Part shown: in pieces, positions 19,069 to 27,298 of the stretch | How the letters are laid out: each line of letters opens with the position of its first letter | How positions within the stretch are numbered: position 1 is the stretch's first letter | Assembly (NCBI GenBank): GCA_964386265.1 | Contig: CAYLRB010000004.1 | Coordinates: forward strand, 1-47,396 | DNA length: 47,396 nt | Origin: an uncultured Candidatus Peribacteria bacterium | GTDB lineage: Bacteria; Patescibacteriota; Gracilibacteria; UBA1369; UM-FILTER-41-14 | Direction: 5' to 3' | Position numbers and translations under genes: made by a program | The notes under the pieces: model-generated | Databases searched by the model: none | Told to the model about the DNA's origin: nothing | What the model saw: the letters and a program-made list of their open reading frames with translations, nothing else

Positions 19069-19382
19069 AGTAGATGTGCTGTTAATTCATATCCGATTAA
19101 ATTTTTTTGATTCTCCCCTACTTTTCTTAAACCGATTTTTACAGCCCTGTTTATTAAGTTGAACTGTTTAGTTGGATTGCTAATCGTAATTGTTAATTGC
19201 TCGTCGTTTTGAAGTTTTATTAAGCCAATATAAGCTTCTGACTGTTTTTGTAAACTATTTTCAAGCTTTGTGTAACTAATTATTGTGCCTTGTAAACCAA
19301 GGTAATTACTTAACTCCATTTGTCTCCGATGCAGCATCGTAGCTGTGCGAGTTTCAGAAATTTTTTTTGTGGATGTTGGCAA
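19065..19382 (-). CDS. small OB-fold-like protein, candidate DUF35-type partner of thiolase/HMG-CoA synthase
   Basis: 105 aa with a TTG start, immediately downstream of the thiolase and overlapping the next gene by 4 nt. The pattern GTIISYTKL...AYIGLIKLQNDEQLTITISNP...AVKIGLRKV resembles the OB-fold half of DUF35 proteins. No Cys4 zinc ribbon. The call is mainly positional inference. Confidence 0.35.
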   Translation of the reverse strand: MPTSTKKISETRTATMLHRRQMELSNYLGLQGTIISYTKLENSLQKQSEAYIGLIKLQNDEQLTITISNPTKQFNLINRAVKIGLRKVGENQKNLIGYELTAHLL

Positions 19383-19407
19383 AGGGTGTTGAATAAAAAA
19401 TATTGAT

Positions 19408-20526
19408 TTAAACGTTTAAGTTTTTAATTAGTGATACAACAGAGGTTCCGCCCGTGCCACCTACATTATGAGTCAAACCAAATTGTTGGTTTTCTTCTTT
19501 AAGCCAGCGACAAACTTCGATAATTTGTTTAATTCCAGTTGCTCCTACGGGATGTCCGCAAGCTTTTAAGCCGCCTGATGGATTAATTGTTAGTTTATTA
19601 CTTGCGTCTGATAGGAATTGATATGCTTTGCCTGGTTGCGCAAATCCTAAATCTTCTAAGGCAATAAATAAAGCGATTGAAAAACAATCATGCAGCTCAA
19701 TAACTGAAATATCTGTTGTTTTTATGTTTGTCAGTTTTACTAGATTTTGCATGGCAATTTGTGTGGCGGGAATTTCTGTTAAACTTGAGCGTTTTGCTAA
19801 GTTTGGCGTATCAGTTGCTAAGCTGCTAGCAACAAATTCTAGTTTACTAACGTTTTGATTCGAGCTTAAGATAATTGCAGCTGCACCATCGCTAATTGGT
19901 GAACAATCTAGTAATCTCAGAGGTTCTGCAACATTTGGACTTGTTAGTACTTCATCAATTGAGATTTGATTGCGAAATTGTGCATATGGATTCTTGGCTG
20001 CTTGTTTGTGCATCAGAACTGGTGCTATGGCAAGTTCACTGCTGGTAATACTATATTTTTCAAAATACGCTTTTGCCATTAGCGCATAAAGCCCGGGAAA
20101 GCTTACGCCACTTGCTTGTTCTTCGGGACTGGCAGCTTGCATTAGTGATTTGCTAACTTCTAAGTTGTCGTGGTCGGTCATTTTTTCGGCACCTACAATT
20201 AAGATAGTTTTTAGATTACCGCTTTGAATAAGTTGCATTGCATTCCAGAGTGCTATTCCACCAGACGCGCATGCAGCTTCTACTCGTATTGCTGGTATGT
20301 GTAAACCATAATAGGCTGTAATTGCTGCTTGCAATTGGCTTTGACTAGCTAGTTCACCACTCAGCATTGAACTTAATATTAAGGCATCTAAGTTGCTTGG
20401 TTTTAGATTTGCGTTTTTAAGAGCGCCATCAATTGCTTCAATAGATAAGTCTAATATGGATTTTTCATAATGCTCACCAAACTTTGTTTGACCGTAGCCT
20501 TGAATGTAAACTTTTTTTGTAATCAT
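19408..20526 (-). CDS. acetyl-CoA acetyltransferase (archaeal/SCP-x-type thiolase)
   Basis: 372 aa. VEAACASGG (active-site Cys), GHPVGATG and NVGGTGGT C-terminal thiolase motifs. Confidence 0.8.
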   Translation of the reverse strand: MITKKVYIQGYGQTKFGEHYEKSILDLSIEAIDGALKNANLKPSNLDALILSSMLSGELASQSQLQAAITAYYGLHIPAIRVEAACASGGIALWNAMQLIQSGNLKTILIVGAEKMTDHDNLEVSKSLMQAASPEEQASGVSFPGLYALMAKAYFEKYSITSSELAIAPVLMHKQAAKNPYAQFRNQISIDEVLTSPNVAEPLRLLDCSPISDGAAAIILSSNQNVSKLEFVASSLATDTPNLAKRSSLTEIPATQIAMQNLVKLTNIKTTDISVIELHDCFSIALFIALEDLGFAQPGKAYQFLSDASNKLTINPSGGLKACGHPVGATGIKQIIEVCRWLKEENQQFGLTHNVGGTGGTSVVSLIKNLNV

Positions 20527-20529
20527 ATT

Positions 20530-21564
20530 TTACTTTGAAAGCAGATATTTTGAGTAAGGTATTGTTGTAAGTTTGGCAATTTTTTCTGGTAAACTTGTAC
20601 CATGATTAAAATCTGCAATGTTGTTAGTAGTTTCTAGTAGCATGATGTCAGATCCTGAACCTGACCCGTATGATGCTACTAAAATTAGCTCGTTTGGTTT
20701 CGCGTTTGCCAGTACATTGCAGAGGCTGATTAGGCTGTTGGCGGCATAGGTGTTGCCAATTTCTTTTACTAATAAGCTATGTTGGATGCCTTTTTCGCTA
20801 AAGCCTAAGTCATTGGCAAGTCTTATCGGCAGTTTAGCATTTGGGGCATGTAAAGCTAGGTGGTCAATTTTTTTAGGATCTAAACTTAGACTTTTTAAAG
20901 TTGTTTGGATTGCTTCTGTTAAGACTGAGTTGTAAGCAAAGCCACTGAAACGTCCAGCATGCTCGGGAAATTTTGAATCTTGGCTGCGCCAAAAATCTGG
21001 GTGATTAAAAGTATATGATTTTGTTGATATTAGTTTAGCAATTAGAGGTGCAGCAGTTTGATTGGCACTGCCCCATATTAAAGCCGCTGCTCCACTACCT
21101 GCAGTATATCCTAGTGCATCACCGGGTGCACCTTCACCTTTATCACTGCCAATGGCTAGTCCGAACTCAATTTGTCCCGCTGCAATAAAAGCGCTAGTAA
21201 TTTGAGAAGCAGCTGTTCCGGCTTTGCAGGCAAACTGTAAATCCGCTGCAAAACATTCTGGATTGAGATTTAAAAAGCTGCTGATATATGAACTTGTTGG
21301 GTTCACTGCAAACGGGTGCGTTTCTGACCCTGTGAACACTGCTTTTATTTGTTGTGTTGAAAGCGATATTTTTTCTAAAGCTTCCAAACTTGCGGCAGTT
21401 GCAAGGGTTAAACTGTCTTCATTGTCATCGCAAACTGAGCGATAATTGATGCCAAGGGTGTTAACTAGGGATTCGTTATTTAGAGCTTTAGCGATCTCTT
21501 TTGTGTCTAATTTGTAACTTGGCAATGCACAGCCATAGCTTATAATGCCGGTTTGTAATGACAT
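20530..21564 (-). CDS. mvaS: hydroxymethylglutaryl-CoA synthase (short, archaeal-size form)
   Basis: 344 aa condensing-enzyme fold (LQFACKAGT catalytic Cys region; HAPNAKL; SYGSGSG). Positioned between HMG-CoA reductase and the thiolase. Confidence 0.75.
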   Translation of the reverse strand: MSLQTGIISYGCALPSYKLDTKEIAKALNNESLVNTLGINYRSVCDDNEDSLTLATAASLEALEKISLSTQQIKAVFTGSETHPFAVNPTSSYISSFLNLNPECFAADLQFACKAGTAASQITSAFIAAGQIEFGLAIGSDKGEGAPGDALGYTAGSGAAALIWGSANQTAAPLIAKLISTKSYTFNHPDFWRSQDSKFPEHAGRFSGFAYNSVLTEAIQTTLKSLSLDPKKIDHLALHAPNAKLPIRLANDLGFSEKGIQHSLLVKEIGNTYAANSLISLCNVLANAKPNELILVASYGSGSGSDIMLLETTNNIADFNHGTSLPEKIAKLTTIPYSKYLLSK

Positions 21565-21580
21565 ACTTTATAATGTGCTT

Positions 21581-22717
21581 TTAAGTTTTGTTGCGCATTT
21601 TGGAATGACTAGTTGCTAAGCTGTTTGTTGCAATAGCTGCTAACAAAGAAAGTTCGCCAGCTAATACTGCAGCTGCAATTACTTCGGATAATTCATGAGC
21701 TTGTTTGCCATTGCCGGATGGATTTGTGAGATTCATCAAACCAATAGCTTCTTTTTGGTGTGTTAACTTTGTTCCGCCTCCGATTGTACCACAGATTAGT
21801 GCCGGTAAGTTAATAGAAATTTTAAGTTTATTGTTGTTTAAGATTTCTACTTTTGTCGATCCGTGACTTCCCTCTACTACATGCGCTAAATCTTGGCCAG
21901 TAGCTAAAAAAATTGCGGCAACAATGTTGGCATGATGGGAGTTGTTGCCAAGCAGTTTTGCTAAACTTGAGCCATTAATTACTTTGGCATGATAGACTTC
22001 ATAGATTTTTTGAGGCGTTGTTTTTAGTGTTTTATTTAAGGTTTCTTGATCGAGAACTGCTGTTGCTATAACGCTGTGGCCCCTGCCAATTGTAGCATGT
22101 CTTTCACTTGGTTTTTTGTCAGCGCATAAATTGCTTGATAGTGCTATTTGTTCAGCATCAAGTTCTTGTAAAATAAATTGATTAAGTAATTCTGAGCTGG
22201 CGATTGTTGCCATGTTCATACCCATGGCGTCTTTGCTATTAAACCAAAAGCAAAAGTATAATAAATTGTTTACTATTTGGATATCTGTTGTTTTTACTAG
22301 TTCAAGATAGTTACTTGTTGTTTTTGTTATTTCAGCTAGTTGATTAAAATTGTTTTTAAACCAATTAAGGTAAAATTCGACTGGTTGTGGATTGTGCAAT
22401 TTGATAACTGGTGCTCGTGAGATTCCAAGATAGTTGCATGTTGTTTCTATGCCACCACATTCTTGGATTGCTTTTAATCCTCGGTTAACACTGGCAACTA
22501 GTGCAGCCTCAGTTGTAGCAAGTGGGATGACATATTCATTGTTGGCAAAACTGCCTTTTATTTTTATTGGGCCAGCTAAACCAATCGGTACGGTAATTGC
22601 ACCAATAACATTTTCACAGTTGTTTTGAAATTCTAGTAATTGTGCTTCCCCAAGTTCGATAATTTTGGAAGGAGATATTTTGCTGCTTGCAAGAATTTTT
22701 TTTGTTCGTTGATCCAT
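21581..22717 (-). CDS. mvaA: HMG-CoA reductase
   Basis: EAALVASVNRG, DAMGMNM and CGTIGGGT motifs. 378 aa soluble catalytic domain only. Confidence 0.85.
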   Translation of the reverse strand: MDQRTKKILASSKISPSKIIELGEAQLLEFQNNCENVIGAITVPIGLAGPIKIKGSFANNEYVIPLATTEAALVASVNRGLKAIQECGGIETTCNYLGISRAPVIKLHNPQPVEFYLNWFKNNFNQLAEITKTTSNYLELVKTTDIQIVNNLLYFCFWFNSKDAMGMNMATIASSELLNQFILQELDAEQIALSSNLCADKKPSERHATIGRGHSVIATAVLDQETLNKTLKTTPQKIYEVYHAKVINGSSLAKLLGNNSHHANIVAAIFLATGQDLAHVVEGSHGSTKVEILNNNKLKISINLPALICGTIGGGTKLTHQKEAIGLMNLTNPSGNGKQAHELSEVIAAAVLAGELSLLAAIATNSLATSHSKMRNKT

Positions 22718-22768
22718 GTAGTTATTTTATGGTTTAATACTTTTAAAATCAATTTAAAGCTTATTTTT

Positions 22769-23704
22769 GTGGAAATTCAAGTTCCAACTAAACTAATTAT
22801 TGTTGGTGAGCATCTGGTTTTGTGTGGATATTCGGCTTTGGCTGTGCCTTTGCCATCGTTTTCGCTTGAATTAAAGGTTGATTTATTGGAACAAGCTAAT
22901 GTGCAGCTAGAAAATTTTGAGATTAGTGTGCCTTTGTTTCCAAATTTAAGTGGTTTAGAAGATTGGCTACCAATGATGAGATCTGATGCAGATTTTGTTA
23001 AAGCTAAGTTTGGGTTGAAAGGTGAAAATTTCAATTACAAAGTTGTTATGAGGATGCCGCCAGGCTCTGGTGGTGGAACATCTGCTGCTTGGTCTGTAGC
23101 TTTGGTTAAGTCTTTGGTAAAGTTTGCGAAGGTAAATTATTCAGAGCACGAGTTACTAAAAATAGTTGCAGATTTGGAAGATAGTCACCATGGTGGAAAA
23201 GCCAGCGGTATTGATCATCTTACAATCTGGCGCGATAGTCCCTCTTTATTATTGAATGGTGAGTTGCAACTTTTGGAATTCGATTTTTTTAGTTATCCTT
23301 TTTGGAATGATAGTCGGTTGATTTTTACGGGTTTGCCTAGGGAAACAACTGCGGAAATGCGTAAAATTGTAAAAGAGAATATTCAAAATGCTCCCGAAGC
23401 GTTGGCTAACTTTAAAGATCAGGCAAATCTTTTACTAGATGCAATAGCGCAAAATAATAAGCCTAAAATCAAGGAGATAATAAATAGTTACGGTATTATT
23501 TTGGAAAATGTTGGAGCAGTAAGTGATCGTGTTAAAGCAGCGGCAGATGAGCTTAGGAATCAAAAACTTGCTGCAAAAGTTTGTGGTGCGGGGGGAGCTA
23601 CTGATGGATCAGGCTTGTTATTGGTTTATGGCGACATCAACAATATAAAATTTGATGAGTGGCTTTTAAAGTATGGTTTTATTGATTTAACAAACTCTAA
23701 GTAA
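22769..23704 (+). CDS. mvk: mevalonate kinase (GHMP kinase)
   Basis: I moved the start to the in-frame GTG at 22769 (MEIQVPTKLIIVGEHLVL, matching the APGK.ILFGEH-type N-terminus). The track ORF from 22640 would overlap hmgR by 78 nt. GHMP motif PPGSGGGTSAAWSVAL; C-terminal KVCGAGGA. Confidence 0.75.
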   Translation: MEIQVPTKLIIVGEHLVLCGYSALAVPLPSFSLELKVDLLEQANVQLENFEISVPLFPNLSGLEDWLPMMRSDADFVKAKFGLKGENFNYKVVMRMPPGSGGGTSAAWSVALVKSLVKFAKVNYSEHELLKIVADLEDSHHGGKASGIDHLTIWRDSPSLLLNGELQLLEFDFFSYPFWNDSRLIFTGLPRETTAEMRKIVKENIQNAPEALANFKDQANLLLDAIAQNNKPKIKEIINSYGIILENVGAVSDRVKAAADELRNQKLAAKVCGAGGATDGSGLLLVYGDINNIKFDEWLLKYGFIDLTNSK

Positions 23705-24710
23705 CATTGCGAGGGCCTTTACCAATTGGACTTGTAATTAATTCTTTAATCGTTGGATCAGTTTTTAGAATTTTCGTTAATTGTGGTTCAAACTGTTTTT
23801 GGCAGATAATGTGAATATTGGGGCCGGCGTCTATTGTGTAAGCGAATTCCAGGTTGTTGCTTAATTTATGCAGTTTTTCGATTAAATCTAGACTTGCAGG
23901 CTTTAAGTAGATTAATGCTGGTAAGCTTGTTAGCATAACACTATGTAGCATAAGCGCTTCTTGCTCGCATATGGTTTTAAATTGGCTGAAGTTGTTGTTA
24001 ATTAATGCTTTACTACAAAGTTCAAGGTTTCGTTTTGTTTGTTCGCAGCGTGCTTTAAAAATTGGGCTAGTAGCTGCCAGTAAATGTCCGTCTAGTGAAC
24101 TGTGATCTTTTTGAGATGAGTCTACGACAGCAATTAGGTCAACGAGTTCTAAATCTGTTTCTACTTCATCAATTTCTAAACTGTTATTTTCGCAATTTAG
24201 TTTAACTATTGATTGTCCTAGGCTGCGTACTGCCGAGTATGAGCCACTCCAACTGACCATTTCTACTAACTTGTCTTTACTGAATGTCTGCCAGTTATGA
24301 CCACAAGCATTAATAACGGAAAGTGTTAGTGCGCAAAATCCAGATGCAGAAGATGCAATGCCAGCACTAGTTGGAAAATTATTAGTGCTTGTAATTTCTA
24401 AATTGCCATTAAAGCCAAGAGAACTTTTGATTTTTTTTACAAGTTCGTAAGCAGCAAGATTGCGAGTAGATGTTTCTGGATCAAGGTATACGGCTTCAGT
24501 ATTTGATGGGGTTAGGATTTTAATTTCGTCTTTTGAGGCTGTGCTTGCGTGAGGTGTTGCCGTTGTTTGGCTGGTGCATGCAGCTAAATTCATAGAAAGG
24601 CTACCTGTAATTGGTAGACTTTGTTCAGTTAAACCCCAATGTTTAACAAAAGCTATATTAGCTTCGGCGATAACGGTTGCTGTTTCTAGTTTGTGCAATT
24701 TTGTGACCAT
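23697..24710 (-). CDS. mvaD: diphosphomevalonate decarboxylase family (could be a phosphomevalonate decarboxylase)
   Basis: ANIAFVKHWG and NFPTSAGIASSASGFCAL signatures of the MVD branch of GHMP kinases. Confidence 0.75.
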   Translation of the reverse strand: MVTKLHKLETATVIAEANIAFVKHWGLTEQSLPITGSLSMNLAACTSQTTATPHASTASKDEIKILTPSNTEAVYLDPETSTRNLAAYELVKKIKSSLGFNGNLEITSTNNFPTSAGIASSASGFCALTLSVINACGHNWQTFSKDKLVEMVSWSGSYSAVRSLGQSIVKLNCENNSLEIDEVETDLELVDLIAVVDSSQKDHSSLDGHLLAATSPIFKARCEQTKRNLELCSKALINNNFSQFKTICEQEALMLHSVMLTSLPALIYLKPASLDLIEKLHKLSNNLEFAYTIDAGPNIHIICQKQFEPQLTKILKTDPTIKELITSPIGKGPRNVT

Positions 24711-25252
24711 AGTTCCTTGAAAATAGGATTTTCATCTAACAGTAATGCTTCTTCTCTACACCAAATCGAAAGATGGTCCCAGGTGTTGTCATCTGGACTT
24801 TTGAGTGCATTTATTAGTTCAGACCAAGATTGCCATTTTGTATTTTCAACCTCTGCGGGATTTGGTTTTGGTTCTTGATTTGTGAATCCAATATATACTG
24901 GGCACAGCTCATTTTCCATAATACCCAAAAAGCTAGCCTTATACTTGTAGTTCGGCAGTATTACTTTTACATCAATATCTTTTAGGTTGAGTTCGTGACG
25001 TAGTCTGCGATGTACGGCAGCTTCAATTTCTTCATTTGGTAAGGGGTGGCCACAGCAGCTGTTAGACCATACCCCCGGCCAAGTGATTTTTGTTAACGCT
25101 CTTTGTTGGAGAAGTAGCTCCCCTTTTGAATTAAACAGAAAGCAAGAAAATGCTAAATGTAGTGGTGTTGTAGCTTGATGAACTTCGCTTTTTAGTTGCG
25201 TTCCGATTGGTTGATGTTCGGAATTGAGTAAAACAACAGTTTCGGGTTGCAT
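24686..25252 (-). CDS. idi: isopentenyl-diphosphate delta-isomerase, type 1 (Nudix)
   Basis: AFSCFLFNSKGELLLQQRA ... WPGVWSNSCCGHP ... E..AA.RRL..EL pattern of type 1 IDI. Confidence 0.8.
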   Translation of the reverse strand: MQPETVVLLNSEHQPIGTQLKSEVHQATTPLHLAFSCFLFNSKGELLLQQRALTKITWPGVWSNSCCGHPLPNEEIEAAVHRRLRHELNLKDIDVKVILPNYKYKASFLGIMENELCPVYIGFTNQEPKPNPAEVENTKWQSWSELINALKSPDDNTWDHLSIWCREEALLLDENPIFKELWSQNCTN

Positions 25253-25282
25253 TTATTAGCAGTTAGTTATCTTTAGCTAAAT

Positions 25283-25669
25283 TTAGCTTGTAAAACCTTG
25301 GAACGCAAGGAATAAGCCAAGTAAACTCATTACTAAGCCTTTTAGAAGAACTACTTGTGATTTCTTTTTGAATGAACCAACTAAATCTGACATTAAACCT
25401 GGTGCAACAAGTAGAACAATACCTTTAACAACTGAGATCCAGCCAAGCAAAGTGATAATTACAGGCCATTCTGCTGACCAAATATTGTGAGTTTGAATAA
25501 TTGCTAAACCCATTACTAAGCTTAAAAATCCGCCAACTGTTAGCACGCCTTCGTTTTTAGCTACAGATTTTGCCATTTCCATGTAGTATTTTTGATTTAG
25601 CATCATGCCGATTCCAGCAACAATAAATGTTAGTGAGAAGAGCTTTGCTAAAAAGATAGAGGTTTCCAT
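25283..25669 (-). CDS. small integral membrane protein, unknown function
   Basis: 128 aa with four hydrophobic helices. No recognisable motif. Confidence 0.4.
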   Translation of the reverse strand: METSIFLAKLFSLTFIVAGIGMMLNQKYYMEMAKSVAKNEGVLTVGGFLSLVMGLAIIQTHNIWSAEWPVIITLLGWISVVKGIVLLVAPGLMSDLVGSFKKKSQVVLLKGLVMSLLGLFLAFQGFTS

Positions 25670-25770
25670 ATTTATTTTAATTTATAATAACAAGCGTAAT
25701 TTAGCATAATGGTCTGTACAATCTAAGTTAAATTGCTTGCGAAAATTTAAAAATAATGTGAGAAATCTTG

Positions 25771-25798
25771 AAAAATTTACCCTCGGGGGTAAATTTTT
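25771..25798. terminator. orphan bidirectional terminator-like hairpin
   Basis: AAAAATTTACCC-TCGG-GGGTAAATTTTT forms a 12-bp stem flanked by an A-run and a T-run. It lies between two divergently transcribed genes, so it terminates neither annotated CDS. Confidence 0.45.
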
Positions 25799-25886
25799 TA
25801 TTTAGGTAATCGTCAAATTGATGCTCGCGCCGCTTTATAAAGTTTAAGACAAAAATGGCAAAATACTCCGCTAGCGCTTTGTATGG

Positions 25887-25914
25887 TTGACAAAACTTTG
25901 GTTTCGTATAAAAT
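25887..25914 (+). promoter_or_regulatory. sigma70-like promoter for the DEAD-box helicase gene
   Basis: TTGACA (25887-25892), 16-nt spacer, TAAAAT (25909-25914). This would give an ~80-nt 5' UTR. Confidence 0.45.
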
Positions 25915-25999
25915 AAGTGTCTTGGTGAATATCGATTTAAGTTTGGAGTTTGCTTAAATGTCGTTGTTCATAAGCAAGCTTTATATTTAAATTATTACA

Positions 26000-27271
26000 A
26001 TGAGAGCTAAGAGTTATAAAAAGAAAAGTTTCGGTTCATCTCCTGATGGGGGAAGTTTTGGTGGTGGTAACGGTGGTGGTAGATTTGGAAGTTTTCGCAA
26101 AAGAAGGTCTGGAGGAGGTTCTCCATCTGGTCGCAACAAGAGATTTGAAGGTAAAAAAATTCAGCTTAATCAGCTGATTAATAAACCAAAAGAGCAGCAA
26201 GAAGTTGCAAAGTACGTTGCAGATCATACTTTTGCTGATTTCGGTTTAATCGAAAAGTTAATTCAAAATCTTAATGCCAAAGGTTACGAACACCCAACGG
26301 CAATTCAAGATCAGTCGATTCCTGCTGTATTGCAAGGACGTGATATGATTGGCTTGGCCAATACTGGTAGTGGTAAAACGGCAAGTTTTTTACTGCCGAT
26401 AATTCAAAATTTAAAAACTAAATTACAGCCTGGTCAGCAAGCTTTGGTGGTTGCTCCTACTCGTGAGTTAGCTATGCAGATTGAAAATGAGTTCCGCAGT
26501 TTTACTCCCGATATGAAGCTTTATTCGGCATTGTGTGTTGGTGGGATGAGTATTGAAAGACAAAAATCGGCTTTAAGACGCAGACCACATTTGATTATTG
26601 GTACGCCAGGTCGTCTTATTGATTTGATGAAGCAAAGATGTTTGCGCTTAGATCAAGTTGGTATGTTTGTTTTAGATGAAGTTGATCGAATGTTGGATAT
26701 GGGATTCATTAACGATGTAAAATATTTGATTGAACATTTGCCTCAAGAGAGACAATCGCTTTGTTATAGTGCGACGATTACAAATCAGATTAAGCAAATT
26801 TTGCATGATTTATTGAGAGATCCAGTTACTGTGTCGGTTCGTACTAGTGAAACAGGTGCTCATGTACCACAAGATGTCGTAAGGTACAAAACAAAGGAGC
26901 ATAAATTGGAGGTACTGATTGGTATGCTTCAAAAGCCAGAGTTTGAGAAAGTGATTATTTTTGGAGAAACGAAATTTGGTGTTCAAAAATTGGCTGATAA
27001 ATTATTAGAAGCAAATTTAAAAGTTGAAGTTATTCATGGTGATAAATCTCAAGGGCAAAGACGTTTTGCTTTAGAGCAATTTAAAAAAGATAGAGTAAAC
27101 ATTCTGGTTGCAACTGATGTTGCGGCACGTGGTATTGATGTACCAAATGTTTCACATGTAGTTAATTTTGAAGTTCCACAAACTTACGATGACTATATCC
27201 ATCGAATCGGACGTACAGCTAGGGCTGGTAGCGGTGGTCAAGCTTTGACTTTTGTTAAGGAAAGCTATTAG
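26000..27271 (+). CDS. DEAD-box ATP-dependent RNA helicase with N-terminal Gly/Arg-rich extension
   Basis: F..F Q-motif region, NTGSGKTASF (motif I), PTRELA (Ia), DEVD (motif II variant of DEAD), SAT (III), HRIGRTARAG (VI). The first ~50 aa are GGS/RGG-rich. Confidence 0.85.
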   Translation: MRAKSYKKKSFGSSPDGGSFGGGNGGGRFGSFRKRRSGGGSPSGRNKRFEGKKIQLNQLINKPKEQQEVAKYVADHTFADFGLIEKLIQNLNAKGYEHPTAIQDQSIPAVLQGRDMIGLANTGSGKTASFLLPIIQNLKTKLQPGQQALVVAPTRELAMQIENEFRSFTPDMKLYSALCVGGMSIERQKSALRRRPHLIIGTPGRLIDLMKQRCLRLDQVGMFVLDEVDRMLDMGFINDVKYLIEHLPQERQSLCYSATITNQIKQILHDLLRDPVTVSVRTSETGAHVPQDVVRYKTKEHKLEVLIGMLQKPEFEKVIIFGETKFGVQKLADKLLEANLKVEVIHGDKSQGQRRFALEQFKKDRVNILVATDVAARGIDVPNVSHVVNFEVPQTYDDYIHRIGRTARAGSGGQALTFVKESY

Positions 27272-27298
27272 ACTAATATTTGAATTTAAGTTTGTATT

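Noticed and set aside
22640-22768. N-terminal 43-aa extension of mevalonate kinase in the track ORF
   Set aside because: It would overlap the divergent HMG-CoA reductase gene by 78 nt and adds a non-homologous hydrophobic peptide. The in-frame GTG at 22769 gives the canonical MVK N-terminus.
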